From assembly GCA_964019335.1 (NCBI GenBank), contig OZ025752.1, forward strand, positions 124,001 to 188,000: a stretch of 64,000 nt of DNA, written 5' to 3'. Source of the DNA: Diplonema japonicum. Taxonomy: Eukaryota > Protista > Euglenozoa: Diplonemea. Both the position numbers and the translations under genes were made by a program. The notes below the pieces were generated by a model, which searched no databases, was not told the origin of the DNA, and saw only the letters and a program-made list of their open reading frames with translations. Numbering within the stretch: position 1 is the stretch's first letter; each line of letters starts with the position of its first letter. Shown piece by piece: positions 37,528 to 47,982 of the stretch.

Positions 37528-37848
37528 GGTACTGGACCTAAATTTACGGTGAACTACTGCTACAACTGAGATGGGGGCGGGCAGGTATATATATCAGGGA
37601 GGGAAAAAAAAAAAAAAAAAAAAAAAAAACAGGAGCGTGACTCAGCTGTTAAAGCTGTAAAGGACGCTTCACCCGACGCCAACATAACCATCAACGGTTC
37701 TAGTGGATACCCTCTCCTTGTGACTGTCCTAGATGCCAACGGGGCCTCCGTCTGGAGCGGGTCTCAGAAGAGCCTTTTCAAGAAGAGGGGACAGGAGAGG
37801 ATCGACACTATGAATGCCATTACTGCCGCAGTGGCAAAGACTCTCTAA
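37522..37848 (+). CDS. Candidate selenoprotein (CxxU, Rdx/SelW-like layout), 92 aa; join(37522..37584,37633..37848); TGA at 37567-37569 read as Sec
   Basis: ATG directly after poly(A), like neighbouring genes. Translation MAGTGPKFTVNYCYN(U)DGGGQ|ERDSAVKAVKDASPDANITINGSSGYPLLVTVLDANGASVWSGSQKSLFKKRGQERIDTMNAITAAVAKTL*. A canonical 48-nt GT-AG intron lies downstream of the TGA. Confidence 0.75.
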
Positions 37849-38354
37849 AAAAAAAAAAAAAGAAATTTTAAAAAAAAATTTTTTTCTTTGTTTCTTTCCA
37901 CCCTTCACTCCCCCCCCCACAAAAAAAAGACTTCTTTTTGTGACGGCATTCAGTCCCCCTTTTTTTTTTAGCTTCCAGCGCACATACCTGTCTTGATACA
38001 GTTCTTTTTTTTTCCCCTGTTGGAGCACTTTTTTTTTTTTGGCCTTAAAAAAAAAAAGGAAAAGAAACAAAAGGGGGAGGAAGAGCAAGATAATGGATTC
38101 GATCTTTTATTCCTTCCTTTCTTTTCAAATTTATTATCTTGTTCTTTTTATTGAAAGCCTGAAAAAGATGTCTTTACAAAAAAAAGAGGGGAGGGGAGGG
38201 GGGGAAAAAGGTGGGAGGACGAACTAATTAAAAAAAAAAAAAAAAAAGTACGAGAGAGAGGGCCCAAAACCTGCCCCCGGTCCTCTCCCTCCTTCTTATT
38301 ATTCTTTTTCTTTTTCTCTTTGCCTTACCTTGTGCGTGTGGTCAGGGGGGAAAA

Positions 38355-38361
<7 letters not shown>

Positions 38362-38425
<64 letters not shown>
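38362..38425. repeat. (AT)n microsatellite
   Basis: Directly visible. Confidence 0.95.
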
Positions 38426-38494
38426 ACCCTTCAAAAAAACTAAAAATCTCCGGACTGACCTCCACGGATCCCCCCAAAAGAAATCGGACGTAAT

Positions 38495-38642
38495 AAATTG
38501 CTATTTATTTGCAACAAATTATGGCCATAATTTACTCGAGAATCGTGGGTTTTTTGGCCTCGGGCCCTGCGGGCCCGAGGTCAAAAAAAACGGTTCGAGA
38601 GTAAAATGGGATGGCCATATTTTGGCGCAAAGTAAGTAATTT
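38495..38642. repeat. Long imperfect palindrome with GC-rich core cctcgggccc-tgc-gggcccgagg
   Basis: The arms extend outward as tttttt/aaaaaa, tttactc/gagtaaa, tatggccat/atggccata and aaatt/aattt. Confidence 0.85.
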
Positions 38643-39299
38643 TATCTGATAGTTCAGAAATTGAGTCACTCCGAGTGACCGAGAAAGTGGACCAAAAACC
38701 CAAAACCAGATTATGAGCTATCAACTGTCAATAATAGCTATCAAATTATGAAAAACGGCCTATTTTCAGCTGATTCAGGCTGAAGTACGGTGTCCCTACA
38801 CATTTTTTAGTACCCCAGGCAACCCTGTTGACCTGCGATATTGCATTTTTCCAGGTTATAGTTCTCCGTTACACGAAGACCCCCGAAGAAACCGCATACA
38901 AACAAAGCCCGTACAGTAAGAAGCGGTTCAGCGGCTCAGAGGCAGGGCACTCCATAGACATGAGCTCCTCGAGATCCTCCCGTTCGAAAGTAGATGCTTT
39001 CGTCGGGGCCCTTGTTCTTCAGCACGCTTGCAAAAAAGTTTGACACGGTCCCATTCCCCAGCCTTCTGGTTGCACTTTTCCTTAAAAACTTCCCTATTTG
39101 GGAGTATAGCCTTGGTTCTACTTGGTTTAGAGAGAAGAAGGGGCCGTTTTTCTTCAGCTTCCTAAGATGAGCGACTTCAGTCGGTCCTTCGTCTTTTTCC
39201 CATGAAAGTCAGCCCATGTTTTCAGGCACTGTGCTTTGCTTATTTCGGGTAGAAGACTCTCTTCCTTCTTCGTTTTCGGCATTTGATGTTTTTTTTTTT

Positions 39300-40282
39300 T
39301 TTTTTATACCACTCCCTGAAGGTAGTGTCCAGAGCGCTTGACGACGAGAGACTGCGACAGAGATGCACACGGATCGCTGCGGGGTGCGGCACGGGGTCCA
39401 TCCCAATGGGGCCAGTAGGCAACCTGATCTGTCGGTGGCTCCCCTACATAGGGTGGAGCTGGGCGCAGCTGCTAGACTGTAGGAACAAACCCTGGGCCGA
39501 GCGCGGGCACGCCTTTAGGGACGCGGTAAGGAAAGCCCGGAGCAGGTCACTGGCGAACGAAAGAAGCACAGTGAAGGGGATGGAGGCGGGAGCGGATCCC
39601 AAAACCAACCAATTGTCGACGATACTTGGCCGTGGTGGTTGAGAAGCGGGACGTGGAGCTCATGCAGAAGGAGTACGTCAACACACAGCCGCTACCGTGG
39701 GAACGAAATGTAGTAGAAAGAGATGCCCCGTTCCGATAGCAGGCGAGCTCGAGGGAGTGGGTGGGGTCCTGTCCCAGTACCTGAACCCGCTGCTACAATG
39801 GTTGTCACAGCTGCGCTGCGTGGAGAAGGACACCACCTCGGAGGTGTCGGCGGTGGAGCTAGCCATTGACTTCGAATGGACGACCGATAAATCATTAGGA
39901 GGCCTGCTGGAAGATAGGGCACGCAGAATCAAGGCCCTAATCGTAAAGATAAACGCAGCGTGCAGGGCACGGAAGAAGCGACGCCCCTTCCCAGCGGATG
40001 AGCAGAAAAGGGTGAAGTCCCTCATCGCCATAGGAGGAAAGGCAGCTATAGGCTTCTCCAGGAGGCCCATTTTTGCTACCCAGTCCACGCACGACAAGCT
40101 GATGGATTTGAAGGCCGCCTGCAAGCGGGATCGCATCACACGACTCCGCAAGACGCTCACAGCCACAATCGGGATGAAAGCAATGCCCCAGAAGGGGAGT
40201 ATTAACAGATAGACCCCCCCCCCCCCTCCCATAGGGCGGCCCATAGCGGGGGGCTTGTCCTGTACTTTGAGTTTTTTTTTTT
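39300..40282 (+). mobile_element. 5'-truncated, degenerate non-LTR retrotransposon-like fragment (C-terminal region)
   Basis: Broken ORFs 39283-39642 (GPVG..GWSW..HAFRDAVR..GMEAGAD) and 39697-40212 (WLSQL..VSAVELAIDFE..GFSRRPIFA) are homologous to 60967-61619. No RT core is visible, so the class is inferred. Confidence 0.55.
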
Positions 40283-40562
40283 GATGATCTTGAGCTCAAA
40301 TGTGTTAAAAAAAATTCACTCTGCCCCCAATAATGTCACTTTCCCCCCTATAATTTGGCAGCCACGGGCCATAAACACCTAAGTCCTGCCCATAATTGAG
40401 CAGTACTATCAAATTATGAGAGGGGGGTAATCAGATTATAGGGGGGGGGGGGGGGGGGGGGGTTAGGAGTGAAGAAATTTCTGAACTATCAGATAAAAGT
40501 AGTTACCTGGAATTGAAAATTTTAGTACAATTTGTAGTAGGGGTATTGAAAAAAAAAAGAAA

Positions 40563-41876
40563 ATGTCTGACGGATGGGAAGTGCTTGCAGGGATGAGCTC
40601 GTTTAAAGACAGGGATGTGGAGGTGATGTGCGGGGAAGACCCCGACAGCGTGAAAGAGAAGTGCCTTGCCAACGGGTGGGGCGGCTTTGTTCTGCTCAAA
40701 GGACTAGCTCACTGCAAGCTCATGCAACCTGACACACTACGCCGCAAGGCTGTCCCAACAGAAGGGGCCACGTTCTACCTTGCACCCAAGCATGAGATCC
40801 AACGCCACGTCTTCGGCAGTTACGTGGAAAAGGGAGCGGACCCGACATGTTTTACGACCGCTGAAGAATCTTTTGAGAAAATTTTAACACCTACCTACCC
40901 TCCACACGCCCATGATGATTCGGGTAAACTAATCCCGTCCCCACCTGTTAACATTAAACACCCCCCCGAATCGATAGAGGTAGAAGACGGCAAGAAGCCC
41001 ATGCTGAAGCTGACACAGCAGAATGTTCTAATCGCAGCTTCTGATATGTGTTTCAACCACCACCTTCCTCTTGTTTTGACACCTGACGTCATCTGGCTTA
41101 CTGTAGTGAACGGTCTTGCGATGCATGTTAACCAGAACAGCGAAACGCTGCGGTCTAAATTTGTCTCGCATGAGGGCAAGGTTGATCTCAAGGTGGTGTC
41201 TGATCATTTCGTGAAGGGGCAGCACAACGACTGGAAGGAGGTGTTTTCAAAATGGTCTGAAAAGGTTCGGGATCACATCGGGAAGGATGTCCACGAGAAC
41301 CTGTCGCCGCATTTCACCACCACCACACCTGTAACAAGGGCAGCGTCCGAGGTGGTGATGTTGGATGTTGTACAGACCTACTTTACCTACATTGAAATGT
41401 CGTCCTGTGGGATCCCCCAGTTCACGATTGAGGGAAGTATTGACGACTGGCGTAATATGCAGCGGCGGGTTCAAAGATTTCTGGAGATCGATCCTTCCCT
41501 TGAGTGGTGGACGAAACCCGTCGTAAATGTGCTTCGCGAGTTCGAGCTGGCTGCCGAAGGGAACCCCTCGCACGACTTCTGGAGAAGCTGGTACAAGTCC
41601 GACGAACTTTCATCGGGAGAGATCGTGACCGGAAACATAGCCCTGCTGTTCCCCTACACCGTGGGGCGTGGCAGGGTGACTAGGAACGTTTGGAATGAAC
41701 CTATTGCTAGCCCAAGTGAGTATCCTGCATCTCTGTCGAATGTTCCTTTCATCTGGAAATATCATGGCAGGGATATCAGCATGAGGTTCCTCGCTGGGCT
41801 TTTTGGATGCACATATGACAAGACCGATGGGGTGAAACCGGTAGTTGGGTGGGCTGTGGCAGAGGCTTCAAAATGA
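40563..41876 (+). CDS. DUF4419 domain protein with a small N-terminal repeat-like domain
   Basis: Motifs HLPLVLTPDVIWLTV, HVNQNSETLRSKFVSHEGK, PHFTTTT, CGIPQFTIEGSIDDW and C-terminal PVVGW. Confidence 0.85.
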   Translation: MSDGWEVLAGMSSFKDRDVEVMCGEDPDSVKEKCLANGWGGFVLLKGLAHCKLMQPDTLRRKAVPTEGATFYLAPKHEIQRHVFGSYVEKGADPTCFTTAEESFEKILTPTYPPHAHDDSGKLIPSPPVNIKHPPESIEVEDGKKPMLKLTQQNVLIAASDMCFNHHLPLVLTPDVIWLTVVNGLAMHVNQNSETLRSKFVSHEGKVDLKVVSDHFVKGQHNDWKEVFSKWSEKVRDHIGKDVHENLSPHFTTTTPVTRAASEVVMLDVVQTYFTYIEMSSCGIPQFTIEGSIDDWRNMQRRVQRFLEIDPSLEWWTKPVVNVLREFELAAEGNPSHDFWRSWYKSDELSSGEIVTGNIALLFPYTVGRGRVTRNVWNEPIASPSEYPASLSNVPFIWKYHGRDISMRFLAGLFGCTYDKTDGVKPVVGWAVAEASK

Positions 41877-42125
41877 GCCCGACTGCTTTCAATTATTTTT
41901 TTTTTTTGATTTTTTTGGGCTTATAATTACACGGCCCCCATGCACACTGAAATTGTGAAACAATGCAGCATTATCGAGTTCCCCCCCCCCCCCCCCCCCC
42001 CTCTTCCAAAAAATCGATCGAATCGAAGGCTAGACAGCATGCAGTATTTATCCTTCTTGGCTTTGCACAAACTCCAAAAAAAAAAAAAAAAAAAAAAAAA
42101 GCAGGGGAGAGGGGGGGGGAAATAA

Positions 42126-44360
42126 ATGGACGACAATGCCGGAAACTGCGATGCCGATAACTTCGCCTTCTTCCAAGAAGATAGCGAGCCGGCAAGCAGC
42201 TCCGCAGGGAAGTCCGACGGCAGCCGCCCCTCACCAAAGAGGGCATTCCCTTCCACCTTGAAGCAGTACTCCCAAGGAAAAGGCGTTTCGCTGACAGACG
42301 AGCCCGGCGGCGACGAATTGTTGATTAAAAAAACCGAAAACGGAGGAGAAGGTTTCACGTTAGAACAGTGGGTGACATATGGGTTCACACGACCGTCGAT
42401 ACAGCAACAGAGAAAGCGAAAAAAACAAAACATACAGTGGGGAGAGGACGGAGCGGGTAAGAGAAGGAAACAACAACAGCAGGATTCCAAGCGGTACTAC
42501 CCGGAACTGCGAAAGGGAGCCAGGCAGGATCGGGTCCGCAAGTTTCGGTCAATGATGACGGCTACCGAACACAACTTGTTGCTGCAGCCCAACGGTGCGA
42601 CGCAGCACAGAGAACTGAGCAAGATTTGGGAAACTGAGAAAAAACATTTTTGTACCCACGAAAAAACCACCTCAATGCAGTGCGCGGTCTGCAAGATGTC
42701 CTTCGTGAAAAAACCGCATATCCACCACAACCATCTGTGGATCCTCCCAATGGTCATCGACACCCTACATGAAAAGCAGAACACCATGTTGCAGGACAGT
42801 TCTACCGCCACACCTATGACCCCATGTTCGACGGTGATCAGAAAACACTCAGCACCCTCTGACCCACCGTCAGTTAGTCTTGTAGAGAATCTGGCAATTG
42901 TCGGGACCATCCCACAGTTCCCGAAATGTGGGGTGCCTCCTGAATCTCCCTGCCATCAAATCAGTGTTTTGACGTCTCCGTACGTAAATGTTGGAAACCC
43001 TGCCTCGACTAGTAGCATGTCGGGTGTTTCTAATTTAGTTTTCCCGGCGCAGAAAACTTCAAGCGGTGGGGGGAGCATGGTGCCGGACCCGCCGAATGGG
43101 TTGATACGTTCGAAGGTTCTCCGCAGCTTGCCGGAGGACCGGGAGAAAACAATTTGGAAAAAACCCGTCGGTGTCGACATAACCGAGGACAATGTCGTAA
43201 AGAAATACCTGTTGGACCACCCCGGTGAGATCGACATTGTTACCAGCCCATCAAGCCTGGGGGAGATTATGTCCGGCGGTTCAAATCCGATTTTTTTAAA
43301 GCTCAGCGTGAAGGAAGGCAGCGACACAATGTACATTGGTAGGCCCATCCGAGGCGGGCCTCAGCGGCCGAGGGAACTGAACACCAGGTACTTCAAAACA
43401 GCGCTTCTTTCCGACGGTGCCGTGCTCTCCGTCACGCATGACATAGCGACGTTGCCAGGCTTCGCAGGACACAAGCATACCAGCACGACACAAGGCGAGA
43501 CTTGGGACCCAGACTCATCCTCTGAAGAAGGCGAAGGGAAGCCACCCACAACCGTGAGACCGGCTGAGAACGACAGTTTGTACGGGTGCTATACGTACAA
43601 TTTATATGACATAGGTGGCTTGAAGATGCTGGTTAGAGGAAAGGTTTGCGACATTTTTTTTTTTTTATTTTAAAAAAAAACTCCCCATTCACAAGATCGA
43701 CTGCAGCAGCAATGGGACACATGCAGTTGTAAGGGCGCACATGGAATACAACACCAAGACGAATATTTTGGTATAAGAAAGAAAAAAAAAAAAAAAAAAA
43801 AAAAGGGAACGCCTGATGACCGTTCGTACCACTCGCTCGAAAAACTGCCGGAAAATGAAATTCTTCGTATATGGGCGGCATTGAAGTTTCGTGGCGGGGG
43901 TGCCCTTCAGTGTTTGTTGGGGAGGGTGAACGCGTTTACATCTGCAGTCCTTGACTGGGAAACTTACACCGTAAGCGGCATAGAAACCCAGGTCAACACT
44001 GGTACTCACCTGCAAATGCTGTCTGATGTTCTTAAATCAGTGCGGCAGACCATGCAGGATACCCTATCAGGAGGGGACCACTACCTCAGCCTCATCGGGG
44101 CGGCAGCCAACATTTATGCACCCTCCGAAAAAGGCACTACTATAAGAGAGCTTGCAAAGCCCAAGCCCCCTGCGTCTTCGCTTGATGAAGCCGATTTCAA
44201 CCATTCCGGGTACTGGTACCGGGAGCCCGGGCAGCTTCCTGCTACGTTCCCCGTCGCGACGCGGCACAACTTCCCAAAGCTGTTCCGAAACAGCCCCGAT
44301 GAACCCGAGGCGTGTTCGCAGCGATACTCCAGTGAAGGCGGTGCTGTGGTACGGGTTTGA
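42126..44360 (+). CDS. ICE2/NARG2_C-like protein; join(42126..43643,43696..43770,43806..44360)
   Basis: Spliced product YTYNLYDIGGLKMLVRGK|IDC..VVRAHMEY..LEKLPENEILRIWAALKFR..LLGRVNAFTSAVLDWE resembles the NARG2 C-terminal domain. Introns 43644-43695 and 43771-43805 restore the frame. Confidence 0.6.
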
Positions 44361-44537
44361 AAAAAAAGAAAAAGAAAAGTTTTTTTTTTTTTTTTTATGG
44401 GGATTTTTTTTTTCCTGCACGTAATTGTCATCAACAAAAAAAAAAGTTCCCCCCCCTCCCCTTCGCTGCAAAAAAAAAAGTAAAAAAAAAAAAAAAAAAG
44501 AGAACGGGGTGGGAGGGGGAAGGACACAACACACAAG

Positions 44538-45761
44538 ATGACGACTTCGCAAAGCCCCATGCATTTCAACATCAACATCAACCTCGACAAGAAGGGTCGG
44601 GTTGCCAATGGTTCGTCTGCAAGAGAAGCCTCGAAAAGCAGCGCCGGTGCCGCAGGAGAAAGCGCGGCGGCGTCCCCGCCTAGATACACTTCGGGCGGCT
44701 TCTTCGGAGGCGGCGCACAGCAGCAACAACAACAACAACAACAACAACAACACCTCTCACCGCACACCTCCTACCAGTTCGACCAGTCCCAATCGCAGCT
44801 CAGGGAGCTGTACTCCAAGTTTTCCCTGTACCAGCAAAAACACGCTGAAACAGAGGCGGAACTGGCCGAATCACGCACGCAGCTATTACGAAAACACGAA
44901 GAAGTCCTGGCAAGGGACCAGATCATAGGTGTTCTGACACACACGATCAAGATGAAAGATCATGAGGCCGAGGTGAGAAGCGAGGAAAACCGCCGCCTTC
45001 GAAATGATCTTGAACATCGTGGTGCTGTTCAGCACAATCCGTCAGGAGAGGTGGCACAGTTGCGGCAGACAGTCAAGGACATGCACAGTGCCATGCAGAA
45101 CGACATTGCGATTCGAGACAAGGTTATCAACGAGCAACTTGCTGTCATGAAGAACATGATGAAGAAAATCGGTGCGAACAACAGCCAGGCCACGACGCCG
45201 CGGCCGTCTATCGGACTTCCCCCATCAGGCCCACCGTCGACAAGAGGAGGTTACCAACCCACTCCTGTCGTTCACCCATCCGACCGTTTAAACACAGCTA
45301 TAGAAATCCCAAACCAAGAGCTTTCTTTAGAAAACCTAATGTCGCGTACCCTTGACGGTGGTAAACCTCAGTCAAGGGTAGGTTCTGCCAGTCCTTCACA
45401 CAATTCTATTATGATGTCGGAGGAGGTGTCGGTGGTGACCGGGGGTGGGAGTAAAAAGAATAGTATCGCGTCGTTGGCTGCAGAGATATCTGAAAGGTTG
45501 AGCGAAACCCGCCCACCGCCCACCCCCCCTGCCACCAAGGTCAACACTGCCATCGAGATGCCTGTGGACACCATTGACATCGACCAGCTGTCAGCTCGTA
45601 GTCTTACAAACTATGCTAGTCGTGCAACGTTATCGCGGCATGCCAGCCGCACGAGCCAGCAGGTCCCGAGCACTCCAGCATCTGCGGTTCCGCCTGCTGG
45701 TAAGCCAAACACCGCGATTCAGATACCTGGTGAGGAGGTTGAAATTGGGTCTCAGTGGTAG
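44538..45761 (+). CDS. Hypothetical coiled-coil/low-complexity protein
   Basis: 407-aa ORF with poly-Q, a coiled coil and three NTAIE/QxP repeats. Confidence 0.8.
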   Translation: MTTSQSPMHFNININLDKKGRVANGSSAREASKSSAGAAGESAAASPPRYTSGGFFGGGAQQQQQQQQQQQHLSPHTSYQFDQSQSQLRELYSKFSLYQQKHAETEAELAESRTQLLRKHEEVLARDQIIGVLTHTIKMKDHEAEVRSEENRRLRNDLEHRGAVQHNPSGEVAQLRQTVKDMHSAMQNDIAIRDKVINEQLAVMKNMMKKIGANNSQATTPRPSIGLPPSGPPSTRGGYQPTPVVHPSDRLNTAIEIPNQELSLENLMSRTLDGGKPQSRVGSASPSHNSIMMSEEVSVVTGGGSKKNSIASLAAEISERLSETRPPPTPPATKVNTAIEMPVDTIDIDQLSARSLTNYASRATLSRHASRTSQQVPSTPASAVPPAGKPNTAIQIPGEEVEIGSQW

Positions 45762-46060
45762 GGGGGGAAGAAAAAGAAAGGAAGGAAAAAAAGAAAAAGA
45801 ACCATATTCGGAACAAAAATTGTACAATGGGAGCAAAGAGGAAAAAGAAAAAAAGAAGAAAGAATTAAAAAAAAAAAAGATTAATGTAAACGTGCAAAAA
45901 GTGTGTAACCACCAAACCGCTCCCCCCCCCCCCCCCCCCTTCGCTTTCCCCCCGCATTTTGTTGTTGTATTTTCTGTTTTCTTTTTTTTTTTTACAAAAA
46001 AAAAATCATTTTTGCTTTTTTTTTTTTTATTAAAAAAAGAGGGGGAGGGGGTAAATAATA

Positions 46061-47824
46061 ATGCTAGACCCCGCTCCAACACCGCTTCAAAACAGAATCT
46101 TCAAGACAGAGATCGCATCGACTACGGGAAGCGACACTCACGCGAGGAGGTGGAGCGCAAGCTCGCGGAGACTTCAATGCAAGCTGCCGTCCATCAAACC
46201 CTCCGGACTGAGCGGATACACTACATATCGAAACACTGCTCTTAAAGAGGCAGCTTCGCGCACAATCAACATTGAATGCGAAGAGAAACAAAGGGGCCAC
46301 CGAGTACTAGAAGCTCGCGCAGACGGAGCAAAAAAAATTGCAGAAGATCTTACGATACTACAAGAGTGCCTGGAGACCCTCAAGAGGGACAAGGACCTCA
46401 GCGAAGGCATCGCTCCTATCCCAGCACTACGCACTTCAAACACACAAAATCAACATGGTGGAAGAATAACATCGAAGCAGCACAAGGCGGTCCGGCAGAA
46501 ATTCGAGACTAGACCAGCGGGACGGGCAGTAGCTCATGAGGTGAAGCTTTTCATATTAGAGGTGAAGAAGAACCCTGCAAAACTACATGAGCTTTCGCAA
46601 CGGTGCTTGCAGTACATAGCAGAAAGGAACATGAACAAGAGGGAGAACTCGCTTCTCCAAACAGATTTTATCACCACAAACAGAGACGTCTTTCACTTAG
46701 CCAATCAGACTACCGCTGACAAGTTACTTTACATCAAACAACAGTCAGCTTTGCAACAAGTTAAAGCCGAACAAGTTCGCCACCAACGGGTCGACCGTTT
46801 CATGAGCTCCCAAGCAACAAAATCGAATCGGCTCGCGAAGAAGCTGAATCACATAGCACTGTTGACAGGGACCATGTCGCCGAGACAAGCCATCGAAGCC
46901 ACCACCGCACACCTTTGGTTCCCTGTTCTTTCACAGTGGTTCTGTGTCAACGCGTGTCTGCGAGTTGTTCTGGAATGCAGAAACAACAACGAGAAAAGTT
47001 TAATGCAGCAAAAGATCAGAGCGGTCAACACCTTGGAAAACTGGTGGGGGAAATTCATGTTGAAGCGGAACAAAGGCCTTCTTCGCGTCAGGGGGTTCAT
47101 TTCGAAAAGGGTTGCACCGTGGAAAACAAAAGCGAAGAACAAAGCCCTAGCGCGGAACTACCTTCTCATCGCGCAGTTCATCAAAGACTGGGCACAGTCG
47201 AAGAAGGTTGTCACCGCCACATCAATGTTCTTGAAACAAACCCGACACCTGCAAAAATGGTGGAAGAAAGTAATTCTGACTCGACGTTCAAGAAAGAGAA
47301 TGTGGCTGATGCAGTGGCTTAGATTTGAAGAGGCACAACGGCACAACCACGATGTGGCTGCGTCAAAGGCGATCAAGCGTCACAAGGTAGGCGAAGCTTT
47401 GGTTCCCCACCCTCCTGTTAATCACAAGCGGCCGGGTAAGCCTAAACTGCTCCCCCGCAGAGCCAATCTCGATATTACTCTGTATAAAGAAATCGTTGGC
47501 GGCCCTGCCATCAGGAGTGAGGTCAAAGAAGCCGCCATCCACCGAGAAGTCATAATCATGGGGAAGAAGCACCTCCGCAAGATAGCCGCTCATGAAGCGG
47601 AGTTAGAGAACCACCATGAGCACGTACGGCAGCTCAAGCGGCGGCACGCCGCCACCAAGAAGGTCACGCCCGACATCGAAGACCTTGTTCTGCCCCCTGC
47701 CCCAGTGCGTCCCATCCACCCCTGCTTGCTCCCGTTCACCGACTTGGCACGGATCGTGGAGGTGACCACAAGAAAGGCCACCACAGAGATCCAAAACAAG
47801 GTTAAAAAATCGATGGTTTGTTGA
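46061..47824 (+). CDS. Hypothetical basic helical protein with IQ-like motifs
   Basis: 587-aa ORF. AVNTLENWW and RHLQKWWK resemble degenerate IQ motifs. Confidence 0.7.
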   Translation: MLDPAPTPLQNRIFKTEIASTTGSDTHARRWSASSRRLQCKLPSIKPSGLSGYTTYRNTALKEAASRTINIECEEKQRGHRVLEARADGAKKIAEDLTILQECLETLKRDKDLSEGIAPIPALRTSNTQNQHGGRITSKQHKAVRQKFETRPAGRAVAHEVKLFILEVKKNPAKLHELSQRCLQYIAERNMNKRENSLLQTDFITTNRDVFHLANQTTADKLLYIKQQSALQQVKAEQVRHQRVDRFMSSQATKSNRLAKKLNHIALLTGTMSPRQAIEATTAHLWFPVLSQWFCVNACLRVVLECRNNNEKSLMQQKIRAVNTLENWWGKFMLKRNKGLLRVRGFISKRVAPWKTKAKNKALARNYLLIAQFIKDWAQSKKVVTATSMFLKQTRHLQKWWKKVILTRRSRKRMWLMQWLRFEEAQRHNHDVAASKAIKRHKVGEALVPHPPVNHKRPGKPKLLPRRANLDITLYKEIVGGPAIRSEVKEAAIHREVIIMGKKHLRKIAAHEAELENHHEHVRQLKRRHAATKKVTPDIEDLVLPPAPVRPIHPCLLPFTDLARIVEVTTRKATTEIQNKVKKSMVC

Positions 47825-47982
47825 TTTTTTTTTTCTTTTTCTTTTTTTCAAGAGAAAAAAAAAAAACTCCATTTTTATCCCCTTCCCCCCCCCCCCCCCC
47901 CCCCGTGCATTTTTTTCTCCTGCATTTTCTTTACCGGAAAAAAAAATTTTTTTTTATAGGTAGGGGAAAAAAAAAAAAGAAA

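Noticed and set aside
37567-37569. TGA as Trp through genome-wide stop-codon reassignment
   Set aside because: TGA terminates several conserved genes here, Trp is encoded by TGG throughout, and no other intact gene has an internal TGA.
38250-38290. Hairpin gagagggcc-caaaacctgcccc-ggtcctctc considered as a SECIS
   Set aside because: It has an A-rich loop but lacks the UGAN/NGAN non-Watson-Crick quartet at its base.
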